NCBI RefSeq assembly: GCF_963676685.1
Contig: NC_092347.1
Location: forward strand, 62,682,001-62,746,000
Reading direction: 5' to 3'
Length of the DNA: 64,000 nt
DNA from: Mytilus edulis
Lineage: Eukaryota
The translations under genes were made by a program, and so were the position numbers. Below are positions 38,185 through 52,100 of the stretch, piece after piece; within the stretch, counting starts at the first letter, position 1; every line of letters starts with the position of its first letter. The notes under the pieces were generated by a model. It made no database searches and was not told the DNA's origin. It saw only the letters and a list, made by a program, of their open reading frames with translations.

Positions 38185-41100
38185 CTATCCAAACGCTGGT
38201 TTGTGTGGATCATTTTGACATATCTGATCAAAATTACAGTCTGCTAGTTTACTGTAGAAGTTCTTGAAATCACCGTATCCACACACTGTATTCCCACAGC
38301 CTGGTATAATTACTGGATCTTCGTTAACAAACATTTGAATTACGTGATCACTGTTTCCGTCACATTTGTACAAAGCAACTGCTAAATTTGCCGAAAATGG
38401 ACCAATGATAGCACCGTGAAATGTTCGGTCTTTATTAACATCAAAGTTATCTGCTCTTAGCGGTTCAGCATCGTGAAATAAACCAAATGCGGTATAAACT
38501 GGAACAATTGTCTCGCTGTGACCAAATGAGATATCTAACTGTGGAACTCTGGAATTAGCAATATAAAGCCATAATAACAAAGTTGCGTAGAAATAAGCAA
38601 AATGCTCTCAAGAGCTTGTATAGCTTACAAGACATGTTTTGCCAAAATTAAATAGATACAATTAATGCAAAAATATTATTTGATAAAAATTTGATGAATT
38701 TATATCGTAATATTCTGAGCTGTTTAATTCTTGTCAGATTTGCAAGATGTAAGACAAGTTATGCACTTAACCTTTATGTTCTATTCACGGTAACAATGGC
38801 TGCCATTTTGTTTTTCTATCTGGGTAATCAAACTTTATACAAGATACCATAACAATCAATCCCCCAAAGTTTGGTTGAAATAGTTTCACGAGTTTCAGAG
38901 GAAAGGATTTTTAAAAAGTTTAAGAGGACGACGGACACCAAGTGTTGACTATACGAGTAAATATACGTTGATAGTGGGTTTTCCCATGGATGGAAACAAG
39001 TGGCTGTGCTATACAATACAATATTTTTATTTTCCAAATTAACGGACCCATTAAGAGCATAACATTAATTACAACATGACATAAACATTACAGAGTGATT
39101 AAAGAAACATAAAATAATAATTCAAATGCATGAGGAAAGAATCAGTGGTCAAGGGGAGATAATTTTGATATCTTTTAGAGTATTTAAGTAACTATTTTTC
39201 TGATTTTCTAAGTTGCAGGCCTTTATCGAGGTATGCACATAAAAAAGATAAAAATCTGCTATCTTCATTAATAATGATCCATGAAAAAAGATCTTTTCTA
39301 TTTGAATTATCTAAACTGGGGTATTTTTTTATATAATCAGTCACATCTCTTCTGAGGTTATTGTAAAGAGGGCATTTCAGAAGAAAGTGCATTTCATTTT
39401 CAATTCAATTTAAATTACAATTTAAACATATCCTCTCATGTCGAGGTAATATTTTATATTTACCACATACATTGGTAATTCGTTCATGTTTGCCAGTTTC
39501 TATTCTTAAACAGTGATTGCTGAGTCTGTATTTTGTTAACAAATTTTTTTTCGGGTGCTTTAAATCTAAATAATTTTTGTAGTTAAATGACCTTTTGAAT
39601 GAAAAATAAGTGTACAATTTGCCTTGATTCTGTAAATAAAAATCTCGCATTTTCTCCCAACAATTTTGAAAATTTAATTTGAGCTGTTTATTAGTAAATT
39701 TTTTAATTTATTTTTGCCTAAATTTTTACATATATTTAGGTCAATACCCAATTTTTTACTGTAGAAAATGATATTAGAGAGCCATGAATTATTGGAGCTA
39801 GTTTGAGCTTTACTCTCAATAATTTTTAACTCAGCATAAGCACTTTTGTTATAGATCACATAGCCTAGACACATAACCAGATGAGCTAAAAGAAATAACT
39901 TGACAAAAATCTTACAGTTTTTTCCCGATGAAGATAAATACCGAAAAGTGCCTCGGACTGTAGAAAATGATATTAGAGAGCCATGAATTATTGGAGCCAG
40001 TTTGAGCTTTACTCTCAATAATTTTTAACTCAGCATAAGCACTTTTGTTATAGATCACATAGCCTAGACACATAACCAGATGAGCTAAAAGAAATAACTT
40101 GACAAAAATCTTAGTTTTTTCCCGATGAAGATAAATACCGAAAAGTGCCTCGGACTGTAGAAAATGATATTAGAGAGCCATGAATTATTGGAGCCAGTTT
40201 GAGCTTTACTCTCAATAATTTTTAACTCAGCATAAGCACTTTTGTTATAGATCACATAGCCTAGACACATAACCAGATGAGCTAAAAGAAATAACTTGAC
40301 AAAAATCTTACAGTTTTTTCCCGATGAAGATAAATACCGAAAAGTGCCTCGGACTGTAGAAAATGATATTAGAGAGCCATGAATTATTGGAGCCAGTTTG
40401 AGCTTTACTCTCAATAATTTTTAACTCAGCATAAGCACTTTTGTTATAGATCACATAGCCTAGACACATAACCAGATGAGCTAAAAGAAATAACTTGACA
40501 AAAATCTTAGTTTTTTCCCGATGAAGATAAATACCGAAAAGTGCCTCGGACTGTAGAAAATGATATTAGAGAGCCATGAATTATTGGAGCCAGTTTGAGC
40601 TTTACTCTCAATAATTTTTAACTCAGCATAAGCACTTTTGTTATAGATCACATAGCCTAGACACATAACCAGATGAGCTAAAAGAAATAACTTGACAAAA
40701 ATCTTACAGTCGTTTCCCGATGAAGATAAATACCGAAAAGTGCCTCGGACGCATACAATCTATAATGTGGTTTCTCAATTTTTTAATGACTACTATATAT
40801 ACAGGAACTCTAATAAAGAAGTATCAAATTGTCAATTTCAAATAGAACTATTGACAAAACTTCTTTTATAAGACTTCCTTAAAATACTTCTTCTATAACA
40901 TTGTCAATTTCAAATAGAACCCTTAAAATATCTTTATCTGTAGAAAAAGTAAAATCCTCATATACTAGTAACATTTTCCTTTTCTGTATGTTTCTTCTAT
41001 GAATCGTGTGTTCGTACATTACTTATTTAATACAAATCTTTCACGTACACACTTCATTCAAATAAAATTCACAAGAATAGTAAGACCAAGAGGTTTGTTC

Positions 41101-43289
41101 GTCGATGTCATATTATAAATTCTATCGCGGACATATATTTTGTAACATTTAGACAATAGACTATTTATTACTTACTTATTATGCTGTAGACTGGCAGCTG
41201 AGACGGTTTGGTCGAACCTTTTAAACATGTATGAAGTAAATGGACAACTTTGTTTCCAATTGATAGGGTAAGCATATCCTTGCTCATAATAATCCTAAAA
41301 TAAACAACATGTTATAATTGCTCATAACCATAATTTTCGCGAAATAAATGATATTGCAAAACTGAAGTATTTATTGATTAAGTCATTTAATATTGTAATG
41401 CTGCTGAAGTTTTTCATTGCTGGATGCTTTAATCAGGAGCCTGTTGTTGAGAGACTGTTGTTTGTTGGTGTGGTTTATAGGTGTTTCTCGTTTCTTTTTT
41501 CTTTTAAACAGATTATAGTGTTGGTTTTCCTTTTTGAATTTGCTTAGGCTAATCATTTTGGGGCCCTTATTAGCTTAATTGTTGTTTGGTGTGAGCAAAG
41601 GATCCGTTTTAAAGGTCTGTAACCGTTAACTTTTTACACATTGTGACTTGAATGGAGAGTTGTGTCATTGGCAACCATACCACATCTCCTTTTCTGTACC
41701 AAGGACGTGAATCCCCTATCAACAAGCCAGCTTTGGACGGACGGAAAGACAGAAGGACGGTAAATGGTAACACTTAATGCTTCCTTCGACTTGCGGTGGG
41801 GGCATAAAAAGAGTATTCACATTTCCGACTCACGAAAGATAATTGATTAGTACTTACCTCTATATTTAGCAGGTAGTCAATGACGAGGAGATCATCTACG
41901 TCAAAAAGTCTACACCAATCAGATTTGTTGAACAGGCCCAACTCTAACGCACATATTTGGTTGATAACAACCACTTCAACTAAAAACGTAGGAAAGTAAA
42001 AATGAATACCTTTCACCATGAATTCATATATAAATGTTATCTACAGAAAGAAGCGGTACACTAAAAAAGGAATGTATACAGTACAGATATATGTGTCGTC
42101 CGTCCGTCTGTAAAATGCATCCAGTCAATATCTTTTAACAGTTTAGACGGGATAGGTCTAACTTATAATCATTTTTTATGCTGTTTTTGTGTGTATCGTG
42201 TATTTGGTTTCGGCATTTATTCACCTACCAATTTACATCAAAAATCCTTGCTGGCTTTCACATTTTTGAGTTTGGTCGTTTCTGCTGAAGGTTTACACAA
42301 AAAAAGTGTTTCATTTTATAAGATCCGTGACAGAAAAGTAGCAGTTAAATCAGCATTAAAAATATTTGAGGAAACTGATTTTGTTATTATAAAAATGCGG
42401 ACATATTCCTTTAAATGACAACCCTTTCTTTCAAGCCAAGCCAAAACACACACACACACACATACACACACACACAAACACGCAGGCTCTTTGAAGAAAC
42501 ACTTTCATATCCCCATTGCAGTTTAAAAGGGTCACCATTAACAGTTATTACGTAAAGCAAGAATATTGTACCTGCAGTCAAGTTGTAAAATCCTAGCTTA
42601 GTCTCAACTTTTCTGATCACGATTGTCATCTCCTTGCCACGAAGAAAGGCTTCATACTCGGTGGTAGTGTTATCATTTCCCTCTACCTCTACATTGTATT
42701 TGTGACAGTTATCGTAGAATCGAAGTTTTTCGTCGTCCACTTTAGCGTTTGGTTCCTGTGTGTTAGTTTGTAAAGTTTCGTTAAGTCCTTCATAGAAATA
42801 TTTGTAACTGTTCTGTGTTCGGTTTTTGTGAGTATATGAAAAGTTGATATGATTCAAGTTTCCTTGTAAGGAAGATTTAAATCGTCTTGCAAATCGATTA
42901 GCAAGTCTTAACATTTCGTATTCACCGACACGACTAAGGGTCCCTTCTTTAGTTTCCGGGAACGGATTGGACCACTGCTTAATAAATGGATACCGGGAAA
43001 TCACTTTCGAGTCGCTTGCTAATTTTATTTGCAATGCTGTCATCCACTTAATCCATTTTATTGTAGGGTATCTGGCGCCGTGTCTGAATAAAACATTCAG
43101 TCCTTCTAGTTGGCAAGTCTGGCCGTTATGGTTTAACGTATTATATTGATTGTCTGGTATACTTTCAGCTGGATCCTTCAACCAGAAATATAGAGTTTTT
43201 GTATTAAACAACGGTTTCATGAATGATTCATTTCCAAGCACAGTTGTACAAAATAAAAATAAATAAGCAAAATAAGTACACAGCTTCAT
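38185..43289 (-). CDS. MINPP1: MINPP1-like paralog C, 440 aa, secreted
   Basis: Exons 43289-42572, 41979-41858, 41294-41176, 38548-38185. Signal peptide MKLCTYFAYLFLFCTTVLG; RHGARYP; GHSET; GPFSANL. Confidence 0.94.
39192..39850 (-). mobile_element. Decayed LINE ORF2 C-terminal region in intron 3 of paralog C
   Basis: KYRLSNHCLRIETGKH..RICLNCNLN*IENEMHFLLKCPLYNNLR (C-terminal CCHC-type domain) with stops and frameshifts. Confidence 0.8.
39758..40748. repeat. Five-unit tandem array, units 199/197/199/197/199 bp
   Basis: Unit starts at 39758, 39957, 40154, 40353, 40550. Confidence 0.95.
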
Positions 43290-46141
43290 ATTGAAAGGAG
43301 ATCTTTGTACGGATATAAATGGCAACGACTGTGCAAAATGGGTTCAATCTGGGACTATTATATATACTGTCTAGTAGAATATTAGTAGTCCTAGGTTAAA
43401 TATTATCTTCACTATAGTTTTACCTACGTTTTAGGATAATAAGCAATATGTGTTCACTTGTGATTCAGTCAATATACTTGTATCTATGGACCATATCTCT
43501 AACCAAACATACCGTTTAGTCAATCTGCATTTTTCAAGGTCAATAGCGATTCATATTTTTCACGACTATCATTTAAATGCAATTTTAAAACATCATACCT
43601 CGGAAACCTAAAACTATTTAAATGTTTGGTGGGTTTTTTTTACAAAATAGTGGCTATTTGAAATAATAGATTAGAATACTATGAGTGTTTAGCATTTAGT
43701 CTAGTTCAAACGTATTTCTAACACCTTTGATTATTTTTGAATGATATGTAACACGCCATAAGTTTTTATCCTGACAAGATTCATAGTTCATAAGACCGTT
43801 TCTAACAACTATTCTGCCTCCGGTGCGGGAGTTTCTAGCTACATTGAAGACCCATTGGTGGCCTTTAGCTGTTGTCTGCTCTATGGTCGGGTTGTTGTCG
43901 TTTTGACACATTCACCATTTCCTTTCTCAATTTTATTTTGCTTTTTTTGTTTTACCTTTTGTTTGATTTTTCAATTGACTTCACGTTCTCAAGCTTAAAA
44001 GAAACTTATCTGATTTGCTTTGGAGAATAAATATGAGTTAACACAGTTCCGACCTTTTTCGATTGTGAATCACCGAATTGTACTTGCCATGAACAACACG
44101 ATGGGTGTCCATTGGAGCAGGTCTGCTTTCACATTTTCAGTACATGAGATCACCCCATGTACGGTTAGTTTCGTGCTGTTCCGTATTTAGTTTTCTAAGT
44201 AGTATTTTGTGGACTTATTTGTGGCCTTTTGCCGACTATCCCATAGTGTTTTAAGTTTCACTTCCACTTATGAATTTTAATGTCCCCTTGGTAAGATCCA
44301 CATCTGTAACTTTCTGTATCCGCCATACGAGTTCTAAATCAGGTGCAAGTCCTTATAATGTCTTACAGCAGCTAACATATTTAATGCAACACAATTTCTG
44401 AATCGGTCTATTAGAAAATCGTAGGAATTTTACAGAAGGTATATTTCTTACTATAAAAAGTCTTTTATTTTCAACAGATATTTAAAGTTTGCTCATATGT
44501 TTTGCTGTTACACCACTGTACCAGGTTAGGGGAGGGTTAGGTGCCAGCAAACATGTTAAACCCGCAACAGTACGTATGTGCCTGTCCAAAGTCAGGAGCC
44601 GGTTAGTCATTGGTTGTCGTTTGTAACTGTGTATCACATTTGTCTTTTATAGCTCATTATGCGGTATGGGCTTTGCTCATTGTTGAAGGCTGTACGGTGA
44701 CTTGTGGTTGTTGACATATGTCCTTTCGTATCTGAGGGAGAGTGTCTCCACGTCATCTTATTTATTGGAAGATGCAGTAGTTCTTGATATGGGGAATTTG
44801 TGATATCATTCACAAGATAATAAGTTGAGAAATTTAGATACTTTAAAAAATCAACCAGTCGAAATCGAATTTGACTGTTATTCCATTCTAAAACACTTGA
44901 ATATTGTAAAAATCAACAAGCCCTTGATGGCATCCATAGAAATCGTGTATTTATCTGTCGGTTTATTCAATTTCATTTTTTCAAATTGTATTCGATTTGC
45001 AATTATATGTTTAATGAAAAATAAAATAGCCATTGATTATTTTTTCAGTTTTTAATTTGTAGTATTTTATCAATAGTTCCGATCTAATATATAATAATGT
45101 GCAATAAAATCCTCATGCCATTGTTTGGAAAAATAAAAACTGAATAATGGCCGTACTTCAGCAAGGTGGTTAATGTGGTCATAAAAGCGATATTGATCAT
45201 TATTAAAGTCATCCGAACATGTTATGAATAGGAGGACATTAGATGTGGAATATTGAACTATAAAAAAATTGCTATAGAACATTTTTATCATTGGAATATG
45301 CATAGAAAAAAACAGATTGTATTACTATAAATCCTATAATAGTGTTTTGAATCAACACTTAAAGGGAGAAAAATACTTTTCATCAAGATCGTTTTCGGTT
45401 TTGAGCTAGCATACTACTACAAATCAAACAGGATGTCCACTTTATAGACAATCTCACTGCTACTTGGTTTTGTTATAACCTTTTCCCGCGATTATGATAT
45501 CGCTGATTACCCTTTGTCACCGAATGTTTACTTGTAAAGGGCAACACGATTGATGCAAGTTACTATAGTGAAGCAGGAAATGTTGGCTCTTCCGGGGCAC
45601 TTGAAATTGTAAATGTATATTTGTTCCGCCCAACAAAAACTCCCCTGGAAAGCCATAAAAAACACAATATCCTCATTGAAATAGGGAAATCTGGTGTAAA
45701 CTAAGATCGCTTATAAAACAAATAAACGTTATTTTGGTAATTATTTTGACCATGACTTGTAACCCTTTTTTTTCTTTCTTTTGGAACAAACACTGTAACA
45801 TTTCTTCCAGTGGAAATAATATAATATTCCAGAATATTCCTTCAGTTTTTAACTAAAATTATAATGGAAATACTATTTTATGGCAAGTTCAATAACTAGT
45901 TTTTGCATGTGGAGCTCGTTTTGTTCAGTCTTGTCTGTGTGTGTAGTGCTTTAAGGTTTCTCTTCGACTTTGCTATTACAGCCATTACTATTGAACAACT
46001 CAAAAATGTTTACATGTGTTTTGAAGATTTAATGCCACATGCAAAGATTGTATGTCTCGGACTGTCTTTATAGTTCTCGGACTGTCTTTATGGTTCTTTT
46101 TTCATACTTTTTTTGTAAAATCAATAACAAAAAATATCATT

Positions 46142-49100
46142 TTAACCGAGTATCATTACACAAGATAAATAAGTCAATAGCAATACCAGCAACAAGTCTG
46201 AACTCATAATGAAACTGTTACCGGTCATGTTGGTATTAATTTCACATATCTGTTTAACATTGCAGTTCGCAAGATGATGGTAATACGTTTCAAATTCTGA
46301 AAACAGACAACTGGTCTGTCCACATGCCGGAATAACTACTGGTTCCTCGTTTACAAATAATCGAATAACGTAAGCCATGGTTGTGTCACATTTGTACAAT
46401 CCAAAACCAAGATTGGCTGAAAATGGACCAATCAAACTTGTTCTAAATGTTCTGTTCTTGTTCATCAGGTAATTGTCTGCTAAAAGTTTCTGTGAGTTGT
46501 TGAACAACCCAAAAGCTGTATACAGTGGAATAATAGTATCAGTATGTCCAAACTGTATAACAAAGGGTTCTGGGTATATCTCACTGAAATGTATCAAGTA
46601 TAAGTAAAATAGATTTAATTTTAAATAGCAGCACTGTTTGACGCAGATAGACAAAAATGCTAGATTTAGGAAATTACAAGATTTCTGTATTATAACAGGC
46701 CAGAAATAATCAATTTTCAATGTCAATTTAAAGTCATACAGATAACTGCCAAGTAAGATTTAGTAGAAAGTAAGCATAAACATAATACAAGGCAATAGCA
46801 AAATTTAGTATACGGATTTATTTTTCCCATTTTAGAGTTAATTCCCTTAAAGTAGTCATTTTGATGCTATAGAAACAATCTCTCATTTTTGTTAAAGTTC
46901 CCGTTTATGATTATCTTACTCATGTGATAGTGGATTACTTGCTCATTTCCACAGCGCATTTATGCAAAAAGTTTACTTGTTTGCCGGATCGTTAACTGTT
47001 GAGGAAAACAGTTCTCTTTTTGTATTGTTTCAAAATTATATATTGAAAAGTAAAAGATTCACATCATAATATAGAAGCTTTCATCTAATACTTTCCTTGC
47101 ATTTCATACAGATTTTTACTTTGTATATTTTGCACGTTTTCCCGGGATTCTTAATAATAAACGTTTTAAAATTTTGGTTTTCTTACAGACACTTGCATAT
47201 ATAAAATGGCAAACAATTACAAAGAATTCAGCAAAATGATGAAACTCAGATCTTTCACTCTGATCATTTAAATTTGTTTCAATAAGTCTAACAGAGTTTG
47301 TTAAAAGATCTGATTTTAATTAGATTAAATATGTTTGGACGTCTGTCAGTTTTGACATTTACTTACTAATTTAAAGACGATCGCTTTATTTTTCGACCTA
47401 CGACAAATGCCTATTTCAGTGCATTCTGAAATATGACAGAATATTGGAACATCGAAGAGAAATTCATGATAGTGGTAATATTGCAACGACCGATTACGTC
47501 TAATGTCCATGTGCAAATTACTTGATGGGTGGATTGGTGTAACGTCCAGTTATACAAACCTTACATGTATACAAGATGATAAACTGTAAATGTGGTACCT
47601 AAGAGTATGAATGCTGCTTTGTACTAGGCTTAGATGCTGAACTGGATTTTCAATTGCTACTTATTATGTAGTAAACGCCAATGATTAATTCTTTGTATTA
47701 ACCAAGGCTTCGGATCGAACCCGCACGTACTCCCACACTCGAGTCGATGTGCAATGCGAGGCAATTTACTTGACAAAAGCGTTTCATAATGGTACGCACA
47801 ATTTCCAATCGCAGGTTTTAGAAAACTTAAAAGACCAAACTCGATATTGAACTTTTCACCTAATATCATTTTTTATTTATATAACAACAAGGCACTGGAC
47901 GGTATAACTCATAAACCGTGGCCTATACGTAAGTATAAATGGAAAAGGAAATGTCAGATTTAAATTAAAACCCGTTTGGCAATTTTTATCATTTCGGGCA
48001 CTTTTTAACAGAAGCCATTAATCATTCTTACTTTTAAGATTAAAGTGTGAAACCGTTTGTTAAAAAATGTAGTTGCTTGGGGTAGACAAATTTAATTGTT
48101 TTCTGAATGCCGTTCCGAGACCTTTTCTCTCTGACAAACATTTAATAAGATGTAATATATTGCGGTTCAAAATGTTTAAGAGTTTCATTTCCTTAATGCC
48201 GGCGTCACACATTGGCGTATAGACCGACGTGCACCAGACGTACATAGAAAATTGACTAAATCCGTATACGTTAGGTGCAACAAGAGGAACGCTAAACAAT
48301 CGTTAGACGCGCGCTGCATAAGTTTGAAGTACTTCGAAATGCAAAGGTATACGCTTGGTAAACGCTATAACAGCAGAAAATTTTTATGCAGCATAAAAAT
48401 TTTCATCTAGCTCTAGCGTTTGCCAAGCGTATGTATACACGCACGTAATACATACGCTACAAGCGCGTTGGAAAACGCTACAGATAAGTTTGAGACACGT
48501 TTAGGGCAGAAGGAGTATTATTTACCAGAAAAAAAACTTAGAACGTATAGAATATATTGTGTAACTGATGACAGAAGTCTAAAAACCTTCAGACTGGTTT
48601 TATTTTTATTTTATGTCTTTGGTGGCTGTAAGAAGATTGGTGGTAAAGAAAAACTAGTCATTTTTCTCTCAACAACAAAAAATCCTTACATACTGACGCA
48701 TATTAAAAACGCAACACACATTTTGGAGATTTTGTTTTACCATGTGATTGATTCTCACTTTTTCCCATTTATAATTTCCACATGCAAAGCGCCTTAGGTA
48801 ACTGCTTCGTTTAATATAAACACGAGAAAACAATGATGTTTCATATTTTTGGACTGATCAGGCTTCAATTTAGCAGCGGCCCACTCTCCAATGGCCCCTT
48901 AAATTTGGTGTGGCCTCACAAAGTTTCTGCTTTTCTTGTATAGAACTATATAAATTGTTTTTAAGCTGTGGGGTACCATTGCCAAATCTTAACTTCAATT
49001 CCTGGCTGATATTTTTATTGCAATTCAACACTTTGAAAGACAATAACACACTTACACACATTCATTTATACGCTTGTTATTGGCTTTAAGTTAGCTGCCA

Positions 49101-52100
49101 GTAACTGCAAGTACTCTCAGATATTTACTTATTTGTCTTTTTTGTTGGTGAGATAATTTGTCATCGTGACCACGATAAATCATAAATATGTTAAACACTA
49201 CAAAGGAAATATAGTGGGTGATGATTGATTGTATAATGCCATGTAGGTATTTACGACCATTGCATATCCATATAATGAACACAAGTAGGCCGTTAGTTTT
49301 CTCGTTTGAATTGTTTTACATTGTCATTTCGGGGACTTTTATAGCTGACTATGCGGTATGGGCTTTGCTCGTTGTTGAAGGCCGTACAGTGACCTATAGT
49401 TGTTAATGTCTGTGTCTTTTGGAGAGTTGTCTCATTGGCAATCATATCACAACTTCTTTTTCACATTACTAAATTACCTATAGCATATACTCACTTGTGT
49501 CGTTTTCCATTCACAACATTTCTGAACATTTTGAACAGCCGTGACGTGTATGCACAAGATGTCTGCCAATTAATATTGTAGCCATATCCCATTTCCCAAT
49601 AGTTCTAAAGAAGAAATTAGTTTCCATAAAATAATCACTTACTATAGTATTGATAAATTGGTTGGTGTTTAACGCCATTTACAGCACTATCGTGTTATTT
49701 CGAGCTGGTCCGTTTTTATTAATGGGGGAAGCTGGAGTGCCAGATAAAAACCACCAACCCCCATTTTAAAGGGGTTATAACATATGTCCCTATCCTAAAA
49801 CATTAGTTGTAAAACACAAAGTGGGTTCCAATCCCGAGACACGTCTGTTTGCAAACGCCACTGTATATATTAGCTATATACTCTGTATATATGTACTTTC
49901 AAATCTTATGGTCATACTGTTTTCCTATGTCAGATTATTATTTCATTTTTTATTTTTTATAATAGAACTTAATACAAAAGGAATTACTATTAACACCGAC
50001 TCCCAGATATAAATCTACGATTTTGGTCAATATATAAAAAAAAATGTGGTATAATTGCCAGTCACACCCACTAACCAAAATGCTGTAGAAGTTGAAACTA
50101 TAGGTCAACGCGCGGCTTTCGTCAATGAATATAAAAACATACCGCATAGCAAGCTAGAAAACACAAATGTAAAACAAATCGAACGAAAGAACGTCTTTTT
50201 TGTCGCAATTTTTACAATTTTATCAAGACGGCAAGCGTTAGTTCAATTTATCATGTAAACGGAATTTAGACGGTTCTTTACTGAGTTTGGCAATGATAGC
50301 ATAACGATACAGGAACAAGTCTGCTCTAAAAGGGGCACTATTGGTATTCTTAAGAATACCTATAATCTGTCGATACATTTTATTACTAAAAAGTAAATCT
50401 GATCAGTTTATCATCTCGCACGTTTAGTATTATAGAAATAAGGAGATGTGATATGATTGCCAAGGAAAAAAGTATCCACAAAAGTTCAAATGAAGTCGAT
50501 GTAAGCAATTGTAGGTAACCGTACGGCCTTCACAACAATGAGAAAAAGTAAATACATCTACCATATTTACCTAAAACTAATTGCTTTATGTATGAGGTAC
50601 AGCAGATAATTTTCCAGTCAGATTTTAAAACGACCAATAATTTTAATTGAAACCAAATCTGTTATTTTTGAAGAAAAAAAATTTGTGGAAGTGTAGTGAA
50701 AAGAGTTGAAACGTCAAAACATTAAATCGAATTAAAAGGACCACCACGAAAAATAGTTAATTTCGCAATTTTTATATACTTTACTTTAAAAGTTAAAATA
50801 AGTTCTTTTGTAGTAGTTTGCATGACTATTATAATAACATGTATCATGATTAACAATCTAATTAAAAACCGATCTCTCATCGCTCCTGTTTCTGATATGT
50901 CGCGTGGGAGCCCCACGCGACATATCAGAAACAGCGAGCCCCACGCGACATATCAGAAACAGGAGCGATGAGAAATCGGTTTTTAATTAGATTGCATGAT
51001 TAAGTACTTACACGAATGTCAATTAGGTAGTCAATGATCAGTAGATCTTCCATGTCAAAGAATTGGCACCAATTTGATTTTTCAAACATACCAAGTTCAA
51101 ACGCACATATTTGTTGAATGGTAACAATTTCCGCTGTAAAAAAAAAGACATATAAAAAACGGTCATAAGTGTGGAAATAGTCATGTTATATATTGTCATG
51201 TCAAAACAACACATTAGGGAAAATGAAAAGTTCAGTGTCATATGCATTACTGCGTGTTTAATTAAGGTCTGGTTAACAGCAGCAATTGCAACGTTCTGTT
51301 TCTTCGCCAAATACGTCACATGAAGGGACTTTGTGTCATTAAATTATATAACTTAATTAACTCTTCTTTCGCAGTAAACCTGTTCTATTCAGAGTCTGGA
51401 ATACTTAACGTATATTTCATTTCACATTGGATGTTTAGTTTGGAGGGATACATTTTTGTATGAGGGGGGGAAAAAAGCCGAAAAAAGTGCAATCTCATTT
51501 CTATTTTGTCCGATAGTTTTGATAAATATCCGATTTCCGATAAATATCTGTTTTAGATTCATCTCTTTACTAAACTAACGAAAACATTTACAATTGCAAT
51601 GATCTTTGCAACGTCTCCACCTGGTTTCAAATAAATAGTACATGTTGTAAAACACATTGCATTTTTTTCTTTTAAAATTATCGTTCGAAATCTTTAGTTT
51701 GATCATGTTAACTAATAAGAACCATGGTATATATAGTTCTCAACCAATGGTTAGCTGGACATCACACGACGTGTTTGCTTTTTGCAAATTTTTCGAACAA
51801 AATCAGACAAAAAGCACTTTATTGGCCACGAGCATCACTGAAGAGACATGTATTGTCGAAATGCGCATCTGGTGCAAGAAAATTGGTACCGTTAATTTTA
51901 TTACTACCACTGCATGGGTCGATGCCTCTGCTGGTGGACTATTAGTCCCCGAGGGTATCACCAGCCCAGTAGCCAGTACTTCGGTATTGGCATGAAAATA
52001 CGGATTTTTTTTGTGTTATTAAACTTTGCTGTTACAAAATGAAAGAAATTATTATAAATTAAGGAATGTATCTCCCTCATGCAAAGCTCTGATTCCTTTC

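Noticed and set aside
39674-40666. Repeated ORFs of 114, 109 and 61 aa
   Set aside because: By-products of the 199/197-bp tandem array over a LINE fragment.
42411-43325. ORF-track termini of the MINPP1 exon 1 ORFs (e.g. 43325 start, VCVCV tail)
   Set aside because: They use non-ATG starts and read through into introns, including a (CA)n microsatellite; the true limits are set by ATG and splice donors.
47700-47750. Possible tRNA (B-box-like GGGTTCGATCC on the - strand)
   Set aside because: No cloverleaf; more likely a SINE remnant.
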